Source of the DNA: the human T2T-CHM13v2.0 reference genome, Homo sapiens
Length of the DNA stretch: 64,000 bases
Assembly: GCF_009914755.1 (NCBI RefSeq)
Contig: NC_060936.1
Reading direction: 5' to 3' (one strand)
In this document: positions 29,440-44,305 of the stretch, in pieces
How the letters are laid out: every line of letters begins with the position of its first letter
Numbering within the stretch: position 1 is the first letter of the stretch
Position numbers and translations under genes: made by a program
Notes under the pieces: generated by a model
The model's input: the letters and a program-made list of their open reading frames with translations, nothing else
Told to the model about the DNA's origin: nothing
The model's database searches: none

Positions 29440-30230
29440 CATTTTCATTCACTTATTTGTTCATTCATTTTTTCCACCAATATTCATTAGTTATCTCCCA
29501 AGTTTCAAGAACTGGTCTAATCTCTGAGACAGAGCAGTGAACATAAAAGATCCTTGCCCCCAGAAGCTTCCATTCTAGAAGGGAGAAAACAGATGATAAA
29601 TGCTTAAACAAATGCTATGTTTCAGGTGCTCATAAGTCCCAAGGCAAAAAAAAAAAAATAGTAAGTTTACCACTAAACTTACTGTCTCTCCCCAAGGAGA
29701 GATAGAAACACCCGAGCATAACTCATATTTCATAAGGATGTGTCTCTCTGGGTGGACAAGGGCTCCAGATGAAAGAAAGAACGAATGTAACGGCCCTTGG
29801 TAGGAACAATTCTGGCTCATTCTAGGGATGGTGAAGGGCCAATGACTGGAGTTAGAAATAAGGGTTAACTCAGCAGGCCTGTGTTGTCCAAACCCTGCAC
29901 ATTTCAAAGTTTGGCCCTTGACCTACCTTGGACCACACCAGATAGTCTATGTTAATAATATAATTTATGGCAACGGTTTGATCTTTGGAGGGGCTAAAGA
30001 CTGAGTAAGTAGAGTACAGTGGGTAGGGCTGAAAGGTGGGGGGAAGTGGAAGGAAATTGGACAAGTTAGAAGTTAGGATGGGGAGGGGATCAGAGCAGGT
30101 CAGGTCTAATTTTTGGCCCTTATAAATAATTTGATTGCTTTTACCCTAAATGATATGAGAGGCCATGGAGGGTTTTGAGCAGAGCATAACACAATCTGCA
30201 TCAAACTTTCATAGGAATTCACTTCCAACA
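29440..30230 (-). mobile_element. L2 fragments, interrupted at 29850-30012 by a copied LTR segment
   Basis: ATTCATTCATT...AGAAGCTTCCATTCTAG...GGAGGGTTTTGAGCAGAG. Confidence 0.7.
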
Positions 30231-30448
30231 GTGCCCATGACATCAGGGTCAGGTGTGCAACTGGCCCTGCACCATCACAGCTCTGCTGTTGTTTCTAAAC
30301 CAGGCTTACATCTGTCATGGACATCACCTGCCTGGCCCATGCAGTCATTCTGTTGCACAACCCCCAGTTGATAGCAACAGTGCAGGACTGAAAGAGGCAA
30401 AGGTATTTGGAGGTGAAAAAGAAGGCCCATATATTTTAGGTTGCACTC

Positions 30449-31118
<670 letters not shown>

Positions 31119-31130
31119 CACTCTTAGAGC

Positions 31131-31252
31131 TTATAATGGTTAATTTTGCAGGTCATCTTGACTGGGCGATCAGGTGCTCAGGTATTTGGTGAAACATCAT
31201 TCTGGGTGTGCTCAGGAGGGTGTTTCTGGATGTGATTAAAATTTGAACTGAT
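31131..31252 (+). mobile_element. MLT2-type LTR, 5' ~120 bp only
   Basis: ATGGTTAATTTT...CTTGACTGGGC...AAACATCATTCTGGGTGTG...GAGGGTGTTTCTGGATG. Confidence 0.8.
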
Positions 31253-31595
<343 letters not shown>

Positions 31596-32139
31596 CTATT
31601 ATTATTTTAAACTCAGGCCTTGAGAATTTTAACTTAAAGGCTGATAAGCAAACCATCAGGGTCAAACCAATCATTGGAAAGTTTCTAACATCTCCAATGT
31701 TATTTAGGTAAATACATCTGATAATCCTTTAAAGGTCAGAAAAGGTTACGGGTCAGATGCCCTTACCTTGGCTTTCCAGTAATATGGAACTAAACTGCGC
31801 AAACGTTTGTGATCACGTTTATTATAGTTTACTAGAACTACAGTTGATCATCTGGCGGGACCATTTACTGAGCATACCGTGTGCATGAAACTGCTCTCCT
31901 CGTACTTATTGGGTCTTCAAGGGTAAGAATCTGACTTCCCCTTGCATTCTCTACTGTTCCCACCCAAAAGCCCTTGTAGAGCAATGATGGTACTGTCTAG
32001 GTTAATTCTGAGACCCTGATGCGGACTGGGCTTTCTCTAAGCTAATGAACCAGGTTGGAAATTGCAGGCTGTATGACTGTGTCTAGATGTGCCTTTTCAT
32101 TTCCCTTTGCCCCAAGATTGGCTAAAGTAACCCCTGGCT

Positions 32140-32560
32140 TTTGTGCACCAATCACACTGGTTTCTTCCCATCTCTCCAGCCTCAGGGCCTTTGCACCTGC
32201 TCTAATTCTTTGGGTATGGAACCTTCTTTCCCCAGATCTTGGCATGGCTGACTCCTTCTCAGCATCAGGCCTCCCCTCAGACACATGATCCTCTCTAAGC
32301 AGCCTTCCAGTCCAACTTGTTCCACACAGTCATTTCCTACTACATCACCCTTTAACTTCCTTCATAGCATGTGCCTTGATTGGAAATTATTGTGTCTATT
32401 TCTTTGTTGATTGCTTATTGCTCTTTCCATCCCATTATGAGATAAGCTCCAAGAGAGAAGAAATCATACCGGTTTTGTTCAGAGTAGTAACTCTGATGAC
32501 AGGAACTATTCCTGATTCCTAATAGGCCCCCAATAAAAATCTTTCAAATGAATGAATAAG
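32140..32560 (+). mobile_element. L2 3' end
   Basis: CTCAGGGCCTTTGCACCTGCT...CAATAAAAATCTTTCAAATGAATGAATAA. Confidence 0.8.
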
Positions 32561-34046
32561 GCCATCGTTACCACACAAGTCAATATTCATCATTTCTGCT
32601 GAATGGCTAATATTGCTTTCTGCAAAGACCTGCTCCAACTGTATTTCCTTAAACTAATGCAGCAATGAATATCCTTGGGCCTATAGTGTTGGTTGCTATT
32701 GAAAAATATAAATTGGATATGTCCTTGAAGGTGGATTAGTATACACTTTAAAGTTATAAATATTGTTAAAAGGTTTTCACAAAGTTAGGTCAATTTCCCA
32801 CCAGAAGGGTGAGATGGAATCTGTTTTCCTATCCCCTAAGCAAAATTGGATAGTACCAATATCTTGACCGTTAGAATGGAGTTTGAAAGTGTGAAAAGAT
32901 GTTCTCCTTCTAGAGACCTCCCTCAGATATAAGTCTCAGTGACCCATCAGCAACTGAAGAGGATTACACTTGTCAAAATGCATGGGCATGTGTTTGTAGG
33001 TGTGTGTGTTGGAAGAGGCTAAGCTACTGCTCAGGGACCTCAGAAGCTGTAGGGAGTGCCATGTTGATGCTAAGTGAACTTTCTTCAGGTAAGATGAGAG
33101 GGATTATGTAGGTTCTAAAATTGTCCTGAACTCTCCCAAAATTCAGATTTGTTTCCAGGCCCCCATTAGCCTGTATGAACAAGGAAATTCAAGGGCCTCA
33201 CCCTCTGGAACATGGTTCCATGACTGCCTATGCAAGAAGAAAAGTTCTTCCAAGTTTAGGGGCAGCTTGGAAAACATTTTAGAAGCTTAATGTATGCTTC
33301 TTTGAAATTTAAATAAAAGCCTCTGGAAAAGTTAGGCAGAAACTCAGATTTAATACAGAATTTGATATTTGGTGTAAAGCTGAATTTTGATAATAATAAT
33401 ATATACAAATATATTAATAAAATATCACTTGTTTTTCAAGATATAATGACTCATTACAAGTGTAGAGCTTTAAAATGTACAGATTCAGTTGTTATAGTGG
33501 TTATGTTAGTTTGACTAATAAAAGGCTACACCTGCTACTCTTTATGAGGAATAAACTAGGATTATGCAATTTTTAAATTATTTTTGATTTTCTGGAATTT
33601 ATTCTTTTCAGAAAATAAGCTTACTCTCTATTAAAAGCATATCACAAACACAAAAGCCTTGGTATTCCCTGCCTTGCATAAGCACTGAATGGTTTTAAAA
33701 TAGCATTGGTTCATTGCAAAACAGATGAAGGGGCTAGAAGTAAATGAACATTTTAAAACCCACATAATATAATATATTTTTACTGAATACTAAAGATGTA
33801 AGTACTCTGTGTGTCAAGGAAATATTTTAAATGCTTTACAGGCTTTTATCTGATTTAATACTCACGAGAGTCCTAGAGGTAAACACTATTACTTTTCCCC
33901 ATTTTAGTGGTGAAGACACCAAGGCTTACAGAGGTTAAGTACTTTCCCTACATTTGTACTATCAGTGAGTCATAGGGCTAGTTCTTGAATCAGCCCCAAG
34001 CAAAGACCTACCCTATTCCTTTCCCCCAAAAGAACAACAATGACAA

Positions 34047-34110
34047 GGAAAGAATAGAAAAGAAAAGAAAAGAAAAGAAAAGAAAAGAAAAGAAAAGAAA
34101 AGAAAAGAAA
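34047..34110. repeat. (GAAAA)n pentanucleotide repeat
   Basis: Direct inspection. Confidence 0.95.
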
Positions 34111-34144
34111 ATCCTCTGTGGGAAGGGAAGAAAAGTCTATTATA

Positions 34145-34944
<800 letters not shown>

Positions 34945-34949
34945 CAGAA

Positions 34950-37900
34950 AGAAAAAGCAAATGACCGAGGAAGCTCCTCTTTCAAACTTGAGAATGAAGA
35001 GAACGTGTAAGTCTGAGGCTAGATCAGAAGGACAAGGACTCTCTCACCTCCAACTACCAGCAGTAACAGCAATAATTACTCTCCCTTACTGTTGGGGAAG
35101 AGACCAGAACATGGGTAGAGACAAACTAAGTGGTTGGGTGCACAGGGAATGACTAAAGCTTAGGGCGGAGAAGGAATGCTGAGAAAAATCCTTTGGCAAA
35201 CAAATCCCCACAATAAGTACTGGCTAACACCTTAAAAATTTGAAGCCAGTGATAACTACAGCAACAGGAAAACCCAAACCCAGCTTAACTCCTGATTAGA
35301 TTTACTCAACCTGACCCTAAGCAGCAGAAGAAATGCCCTCATTTGTAAGTATAGATAATAATTAATCAATCTCTACAGTCCCACAAATGATGTCCAGCTT
35401 TTAACCAAAAATGATGAGACATATAGAAAACCAGTGCAAACAAAAACAGCCCACTATAAAGAGACAAACCAGTCAACAAAACCAGACTCAGAATTAACTT
35501 ATGTGCTGAAATTATTTAAAAATTAAAAATAAATATGATTAATGTGCTGAAGTCTGTAATAATAGAAGTGGACAACAAACATGAACATATAGAGAGTTTC
35601 AGCATAATATGGAAACTATAAAAGTCAGATATACATCCTAGAGATATTTTTAAAGAGGTAACAGATGAAGACTGCCTTTAACAGTTCTATCATTAGACTT
35701 ATACAGCCAAAAAAAGAATCAGTGAACTCAAAGCTAGATCAATAGAAATTGCTCATACTAAAACACAAATAGGAAAAAGAGAGGGGTGAGTATTAGAGTA
35801 CCTAAGAGGTGTGTGACAAAAATCATATTTAAGAATTGCTTGAAACAAAAATAAAGATAATCAGAGGAAAAGACAGATTACATATGAAACAATGTTCGGT
35901 ATCAAAGCAGACTGCTCATCATAAACTATACAAACAAGTAAACAATGGCTTGAGATCTTTAAAATTTGGGGGTAGGGGAGGGGAGGGGAGAAGCTGTCAG
36001 TTCCAGAATTTTATGTGCAGATAAAACATCTTTTAAAACATAAAATAATAACTTTTTAAAAGAAAACTATAGAATTATTAGCATATCTGCAATACAAGAA
36101 ACTGAAGGAAATTATTCAGATAAAGGAATTATCTGAAGGAATTATCTGAAGGAAATTATAGAAGGAATTATCTGAAGGAAATTATTCAGATAAAAGGAAT
36201 AAGATATCAGACAGAAATGTACACAAAGAAATGGATACCCCTGATAATAGTTAATAAAGGCTAATATACAAGACCTTTTCTTTAATTTGAATTGTGCTAA
36301 ACAATAAGTTACTGTCTAGAGTGAAATACTAGTAAGGAATTGCTGGTATTCTGCTAGCACATATAAAGGTAAATTGAATGACAATGCTATGAAAGGTGAG
36401 AGAAAGCAACTAAGAGTGTGCTGTTGTGAGGCTCTTACACAACATGGGAAGTGGTATATTATTTAAAGATGGTCTGCAATTAATTACATATCTGTATTGT
36501 AGATCTTATGGAAAACACAAACATAAATTTTAAAAGAGATATAATAACATGCATTTTAAAACATAAATTTTGAAAAAGCCAATAGTGAACATGAAAAGTA
36601 TATAAAAAATAGTTTTTTACCCAAGAGCAGACTCAAGAAAATGAGGAATGAAGAAACAAATTAAAGATAGAATATACATAGCAAGATGGTAGATATTAAG
36701 CTAACCATATCAATAATTACACAAAATGTAAATGGTCTAAAAATACGAATTAAAAGACAGATTTTCAGATTGGATAAAAAGGCAATTACATGTTATCTAC
36801 AAGAAAGCCACTTTAAACATACAGATTTAGGTAGATTAAAGGTAGAAGGACAAAAAGAAAAAATATACAATTAAAATACAAGTGAAATGAAAGCCAGAAC
36901 CACAGTGGTAATATCAGACAAACTGAAATTCACAAGAAATATTTCCAGGGGTAGAATAACGTTAGACAATTACAAAGGTGTGTATTCACCAAGAGGATGT
37001 AACGATCTTAAATGAGCACGTTCCTAAAAACTGACTTTCCAAACATATAAAGCACCAGTAATAGAACTGAAAAGAGCAATAATTGGAGAAATGCAAAGTC
37101 CACAGCTATACTTGCAATTTAATACTCCTCTTTCAGTTATTGAAAGAAAAAGTAGATAGGAAATTAGTAACGATTTACAATTATTAATAATTATTGAGCA
37201 ATGCTATCAACCACCTTGATGCAATTGATATTTATCTAACATTTCACTCAACAACAGCTATTCATTTTTTTTTCAGGTGCAAGTGAAGTATTCAGCATGA
37301 TAAACCATATTTTGGGAAATTATGCAAACCTCATCGTCCCTCATGAACACAGAAGCAAAAAACCCTCACCAAAATTGTGATCCATAGAATTCAGGAATAT
37401 ACAAAAATGGTAATACATCATGACCACGTTGGCTATACCCAAGAGTAAAGGGTTGTTTTAGTACTCAAAAATCAATTATTGTAATTTATCACACCAAAAA
37501 AGAAAAAAGCATTTGATTACCCAAACAGATTGAAAAAACAATCTGTTCATGATAAAAAAAAATTACAACCTAGGAATAGAAAAAAGTCCCATAGTCTTAT
37601 AAAAGTCATCTAAAATAACCTACAGCTAACATTGATCTTAAAGGTGAAAGGCTGAATGCTCTCCTCATAAAATCCAGAACAAAGCGAGTGTTCACTGTAA
37701 TCAGTGTTCAACATCACATTGGAGAACTTGGTGCAATGAGGCAAGAAAGAGAAATATATCACACACTTACTGGAAAGGAAGAAAAAAACCCCACTGTTCA
37801 CAAATAACATGATTGTTTACATAGAAAATATCAGAGAATCTCCAAAAAGCAACTGAACTTGTAAATGAGTTTAATTTGGTCACAGCATACAAGGAAAATA

Positions 37901-39560
37901 CACAAAGATCGCAAAGATTAAGTATATTCCTTTATTCTAACAATGAATATTGAAAATAGAAATTAACCAAACAATTCCTTTTACGATAGCAAAGGATAGC
38001 GAAATTCCTAGGTATAAACCTAGAAAATATGAGCAGGCTCTACAAGCTGAAAACTTTAAAACATTAACAAAAAAGTAAAACCAAAATATTGAGGTATATA
38101 CCATGTTCACAAACTTTTGAAATGTTAATTCTCCCTTATATAATCTGTATATATAATGCAATCAGAATCAATATACTGGCATTTTTTTGCAATATCTACA
38201 AGATAGATCTGAAATTTATATTAAAAGGCAAGAAATGGAATAGCCAAAACAATTTTTAAAAGAAGAACAAAGTTGGAGCAGTCACACTATCTGATTTTAA
38301 GACTCACTATGTAGCTCTAATAATTAAGGCAGAGTAGCATTTGCAAACTAATGCACATATTTGTCAATAGAATGAAATGGAGTTCAGAAATGACTTACAC
38401 ATGTATGATAAATTGATTTTTGTCAAAGCTTCAAATGCAATTCAAAGTATAAAGAATGGTCTTTTCAACAAATGGTTGTAGAATAAATAAACATTCATAG
38501 AAAGAAATGTACCTTAACCCTTATTTTACACCTTATAAAAATTCAAAATGGATCCTAGACCTAAGTTTACAATGTAGAAATATAAAACTTCCAGAAGGAA
38601 ACATAAGAAAATGTCTTTAGGTTAGGCAAAGATTTTTTTTACATATGACACCAAAATATAAAAAATACAGATTGGACTTCATTAAATTTTAAAACTTCTT
38701 CTTTTCTAAAGATTCTGTTGAAAGAATGTTGAAATGATACTGACTAGGACAAAATATTTATTAAACAGGTGTATGATAAAGGACTTGATTGAAAATATAT
38801 ATGAAACTTCCCACCCTACAATAAGAAAATAAATAACCCAATTTAAAAATGGGAAGAATATTTGAATAGACATTTCACCAAAGAAGATATACCGACTGAT
38901 GATGGTAAATAAACAAATGAAAAGTTGTTCAACGTCACTGGTCACTACAGAAATGGAAATAATTTCACAGTGAGCTACCACCACGTACCTATTCGAATGG
39001 CTATTAGTTTTTAATGTGTGAATGGCCAGGGCTGTCAGTGGAAATATCATGTGTTGCTAGTGGGGTTTAAATGGAACAGCCACCTAGGGAAGCAGTTGGG
39101 CAATTTCTTAGAAAGTTAAACATAATCTTGGCCAGGCGCGGTGGCTCACGCCTGTAATCCCAGCACTCTGGGAGGCCGAGCCGAGCGGATCACGAGGTCA
39201 GGAGATCGAGACTATCCTGGCTAACACGGTGAAACCCTGTCTCTACTAAAAGTACAAAAAATTAGCCCGGCATGGTGGCAGGCACCTGTAGTCCCAGCTA
39301 CTCGGGAGGCTGAGACAAGAGAATGGGGTGAACCCGGGAGGCGGAGCTTGCAGTGAGACTAGATGACGCCACTGCACTCGAGCCTGGGCGACAGAGCGAG
39401 ACTCCGTCTCAAAATAAAAAAAAAAAGAAAGAAAAGAAAGTTAAACATATTCTCACCATATGACCCATCACCACCATTCCTAGGTATTTACCTACAAGAA
39501 ATGAAAGAAATACAAGCTGAAGTTCACATTAAAATTAATAATTACCAAAAAATGAAAGTG
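34950..39560 (+). mobile_element. Large decayed L1M element (ORF1 remnant, ORF2 EN/RT remnant, 3' part)
   Basis: 36686-36874 translates to ISIITQNVNGLKIRIKRQ...CYLQESH (L1 endonuclease N-terminus); RT-like DNA from ~37340; many stops and frameshifts. Confidence 0.85.
39130..39435 (+). mobile_element. AluY inside L1
   Basis: Y-type positions; TSD AGAAAGTTAAACATA. Confidence 0.96.
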
Positions 39561-39568
39561 CCACAAAT

Positions 39569-39731
39569 GAGTGTGTGTGTGTGTATGTGTGTGCATGGGC
39601 GTGTATATGCACATATATGCATGTGTACATGTATACACGTTTGTGTCCATCTGCATGTGCATATGCATGTATATGTATATATGTGCATGTGTGTGTGTAT
39701 GTGTGTAAGTTTTCATGTGTGCATGTGTATG
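39569..39731. repeat. Degenerate (TG/TA/CA)n alternating purine-pyrimidine tract
   Basis: Direct inspection, ~160 bp. Confidence 0.93.
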
Positions 39732-42057
39732 GTGGTTGCTGCTTTTCATTACTTGCCTGTCTGAAAGGTTCAGTTTTTGCCTGGAGGAATAATCCTTTAA
39801 CTCTCCCATGTAGTTGGAGTTTCCTTGTAAAAATCTCTGGCCTGCAGCCTCAGAAGTAATTCAGCTGCCTTGTGATTATGGTATATCCTATGAGACTTAA
39901 GCTATTTTATTTTTTATTACTCTGAAATCCACTTGGTCTCAGTTTTCCTCGCAAATGAAAGCTTCTGGGCATATGGGTAACTTCTCAGGCTGAATTTGGT
40001 GTCCAGAGGCCAGTTTTGGCACTAAGAAGCTGTCATTTTTCTTCATTTTCTTCAAAACAAGTTACATTTTATTGTTACATTGTTGGAGTAATCAATGTTA
40101 CCTCATACCTCAAAGTCCTAAACAAGACCAAATTGGATTGGGTAAATCAGGGAGTGTTGGGTGAAGCGGAAGACTGTGGATGTAATTTCCTAATATATTG
40201 TTTCAATCTTGTCCTAAGTATTTACATTTAGTTTCAGGGCTTATTTTTCAGCTCCCTATGCTGTAGGTTACAAATTACTGAATAGAAGGAGAAAAAAATA
40301 AATGTATCAGGTAAGTGGGAATGTTCCTAATGCGAAGATTGGAAGATTCGGGGAAGCTGGTTACACACACACTGCTTCAGCTCATTGATGGAGACGTAGG
40401 GGTGGGCTTATTCCCATTCTCATAATTGTCTGCAGAGAATCACAAGCTTGGGCATGATGGTCCTCTCAGGTGGCTACTTGGCTGCATAGCTCCAAATTTC
40501 CTGTCATGACCTCTGAGCAGAATTTGGGGCACTTACCACTTTTCCTTCTTTAAAATCTTCCCCAGATTTCTGTGACATTAGTCGCTTTTGATTCTCACCC
40601 TAGCTCCTTGTATTCTTGTGGTTAGCCTCTGAATAAAGAGCTCAGAAAATCTCAAGAAGAACAGTATATATGGTAGTCTTGGAGAAACCAGAGGCTGGAA
40701 AACAATTTTGATTCTTGAGACTCTCCAATTAAGATTCAAATTCTAAGAATCCAATGGGTTTGGCCTGAGTCATATTCTTGTCTTCAAGGATGGTTCTACG
40801 AAGGCTAAATGCAATTGGGTGGGAGGGAAGCGGAAGGTGGTTCCTCCAGAGAAAATTAGAGGATCTAGTTCTAAAGGAAGTAGCTAAAGATATGGGTGGA
40901 AAGAAAAAAAAATTAAAGCAATTGATGGCGTCTATTCTACCTTGGAGTATAAAAAATTGAGATTTACCTTTTCATACAAAGCAGAATAAATTAATCTATA
41001 AAAAAAATTCCCTGGAATATTTTTTAGAGGAAGAAAGAAAAACCTGGAATTGTGGTTGAAGAGTCTGGGAATTCACTGAGTATGGCCCTGTTGCAATCAA
41101 CAATTATTACTAATGGATTATTAGCAGTGGTGCTAATATTGAATTACTGCAGTATTTTGTTTTCCTCATAAGTTTCTTTGGGGTTTGGTTAAAAAAAAAG
41201 ATATGTGTCATTTAATATTTGTGGTACGGCCAAATAAATAAATAAACAATAAAAGAACCTCTCATTTGTTTAAACACTAGAAACAAAGCCTAAAGATCAC
41301 AGAAAATCTTTGATCTTTGTTATTGGGCAGATTTAAGTTTACTGACTCGTTGCAACAGCAGAGAACACACCCGATGGGGGTCCTTCGGGCTTCTCAATAT
41401 GAAAATGCTGAAAGGGGCAAATTACAGGATTTGAGGTCGTGTGAAGTACTTTTGGGGAATGTTAAAAGAATTGAGGCTTTGGTTTGGATTAGATGCCTTC
41501 AGAAAGTGGAGGTAACGCCATGAGAAGACATCTCAGTTTTGCCTTTATTTGAAGAAGTCATCACATATTCCAGGCCAACAGGAAAAGAGATATCTCAGGA
41601 AGCCAGTAACATACTTTAATAAAATAGAAACCATTTTCCCCCTTTCTCCAGGTTGGAATGCACACAGACTGTTAAATATTATTTCTTACTAAGCGCAAAC
41701 ACACTTTTTCACTTTTGTCAAAATTAGAATGCATATTTTTGATGATATTTCACAATCACCTTCTTGAACAGCATATTCTGCTAAAAAAATTCTAAAAAAA
41801 TACTTTTATATTTGTCACTTTTTCCTGAATGGTGCAGTGGCCAAGTGACACATTCTGAAATATCTCGTATTTTCATCACCTGGGCTGAAAGAAGCTATCA
41901 GCCGCATGAGTGCGTTTCTATTTCATGTTGTATGCTTCCTGTTTCTTAAATATGGATGATAAGCATGAAGCTGGAGCTGCAAGATGTTTCTCTAATTCAT
42001 TTCTCTGGAACCAATAGAAATCAATGTGTACTTTATGTATGAAGTCACCTTCTACTT

Positions 42058-42917
42058 TGTATTAGTTATCTATTGCATTGCAAAACTTAATGCTTTAAAA
42101 TAACAGGCATTTATTATCTCACAGTTATTATGGGTCAGGGAACTGGCACAGCTTAATTAGGAAGCTCTGACACAGAATCTCTAATGAGGCTGCACTTAAG
42201 GTGTCAGTTGGGCTGCAGCAATCTGAAGGCCCAACTGGAGAAGAGGCAGTGTAACCTCACTCATGTGGCTGTGGACAGAACTCAGGTCCTCGCTGGTTGT
42301 GGGACAGAAGCATCAATTCCTTGCTGGATTTTTCCACAAGTCAGATCACAACGCAGCAGCTGGCCTTTGTCAGAGCAGATGAGAGAAAGCAAGAGAGGCT
42401 GGGCGCAGTGGCTCATGCCTGTGATCCCACCACTTTGGGAGGCTAAGGCAGGCAGATCATGAGGTCAGGAGATCGAGACAATCCTGGCTAACACATGAAA
42501 CCCTGTCTCTACTAAAAATACAAAAGATTAGCCAGGTCTGGTGGCGGGCGCCTGTGGTCCCAGCTGCTCAGGAGGCTGAGGCAGGAGAATCAGCTTGAAT
42601 CCAGGAGGCAGAGGTTGCAGTGAGCCAAGATCGCACCACTGCACTCCAGCCTGGGCGACAGAGTGAGAGCCCATCTCAAAAAAAAAAAAAAAAAAAAAAA
42701 AGAAAAAGAAAAAGAAAGCAAGAGAAGGCAAGTAAGGAAAGCTGTACATTCTTTTTGTAACCTAGCCTTGGAAGTGACATCTCATTGCTTTTGCTATGTC
42801 CTACTTGTTAAGAGTCAGTCCCTAGATCAAATTTACACTGAAGGAGATGAGATTACTTAAGGACTGCATAACAGAAGAGAGGAGTCTTTGGGATCTTCTT
42901 AGAGATTGTCAACCATA
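42058..42917 (-). mobile_element. MLT1F/G-type solo LTR split by Alu
   Basis: TGTATTAGTTATCTATTGC...CATTTATTATCTCACAG...CTAGCCTTGGAAGTGACAT. Confidence 0.8.
42397..42712 (+). mobile_element. AluS (Sc-like)
   Basis: TSD AGAAAGCAAGAGA. Confidence 0.95.
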
Positions 42918-43466
42918 CCCTTTAAGAAGGAGAACGTGAGAATCTCAGTGACCTTATAATTTTGCTTTTGTAGAAGTAAGAGTTCATATTTGATTCCTTG
43001 GTTGACATGAGAGAGAACATCTTTTCAACTGAAACAAAACAAAACAAAACCATGATGGCCATTTGAGAGCCCCCTGGGAAATGATTCTTTTCATGCATAT
43101 ACAGCATGGCAAAGACTCTTGGATGTTCTCAGCATCTGGGCAAAACCATATACCATTTACTCACTGAACATTATGCCAGTCAAATTGGAATGGACATCTG
43201 TCTATTGATGTTCTTGCATTTCTCCTATTAGATTCAGAATCCTCCAAGTTCCCAAACATCATCCCTTAGAGACATAGCAGATGCATTTTCAATTTTGTCT
43301 TGTGAATTATTCTGGGATGTACTTTTCCAGAAATATCAGTAAAGGAACTGTGAAAGATGATGTCATAATACTGATCCTCAGTTAATCATCCACTTGCCAG
43401 AAAGGTGCCAGAGAGATGTGACGGATGTGCAAGCTTTGATCTTCATGACATTATAAAGTTCACAGA

Positions 43467-43542
43467 TCAATGAGAATTTTTTTTAAAATTTTATTATTAT
43501 TATACTTTACCTAATGCTAAATGATGAGTCAATGAGAATTTT
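43467..43542 (-). mobile_element. Tiny 5'-inverted L1PA insertion (48 bp plus TSDs)
   Basis: Perfect TSD TCAATGAGAATTTT; antisense L1 end TTATTATTATTATACTTTA joined to sense L1 3'UTR CCTAATGCTAAATGATGAG. Confidence 0.85.
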
Positions 43543-44305
43543 AAGAGGCAATTCAGAAGCAACGCCATATCTTGGGGCACTGGTAAGTAGGAGGTGCTTA
43601 GCCCATTACAGTGAAGGTTCTCCAAAGCTATGGGGATCAACAGGAAACTTTAATTTAGGTCATATTGGTACAGAATCATATTTCACCCAAATACCCTCTT
43701 ACTCCTTACCAAATAAATAAGTAGATTAATATCATACTCATTTCTTGCCAGTACATTTTAGACACTGCAGGGACTGCATGAAACCTATAAAGTGCAATGT
43801 TTGAGCTCTAGGAGCTCACAGCCTAATTAGGGAAATGAAAGATTAGAATTAAGATAGTATTCCACTGTGATTAGTAGACAATCTGGCAAATAGAACATTC
43901 AACAAGTCCGAATGTGCCAAAATCCATCAGAGGTACAAAGTGGTCAAGGTAGGTATGATGGTTCCAGGATGCCATAAGGGGTACAGGATCCTTCCAGCTT
44001 TCTTCTTTGTCATCTGTAGCTTATCCTATTGTTTGCTTATGCTACTGTGAGCTTATCCCATTTTTTGTTTTCTCAGTCACAGGATGGTCACTCCACTCTA
44101 GCATCACAACCACAGTCCAAAAGAGGGAAAGATAAACAAAGAGCAGAACAAAGTCAGTTGATAGGCTCACCCTTTAAAAAGCTTCCCTGGTAAGCCCCTC
44201 CAAGCAACACCTGCTTATATCCATTTGGCCAAAACTGTGTTGTGGATGTTATTGGCTGCAGAGAGGCTAGGGAGTGTGATTTTTTAAACCTGAAATAAAC
44301 TTAGA

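Noticed and set aside
36686-36874. ORF resembling an endonuclease
   Set aside because: Decayed L1 ORF2 N-terminus, frameshifted and truncated
39363-39859. His/Cys-rich ORFs (HTHTH, CVCVC)
   Set aside because: Translations of TG/CA simple repeats
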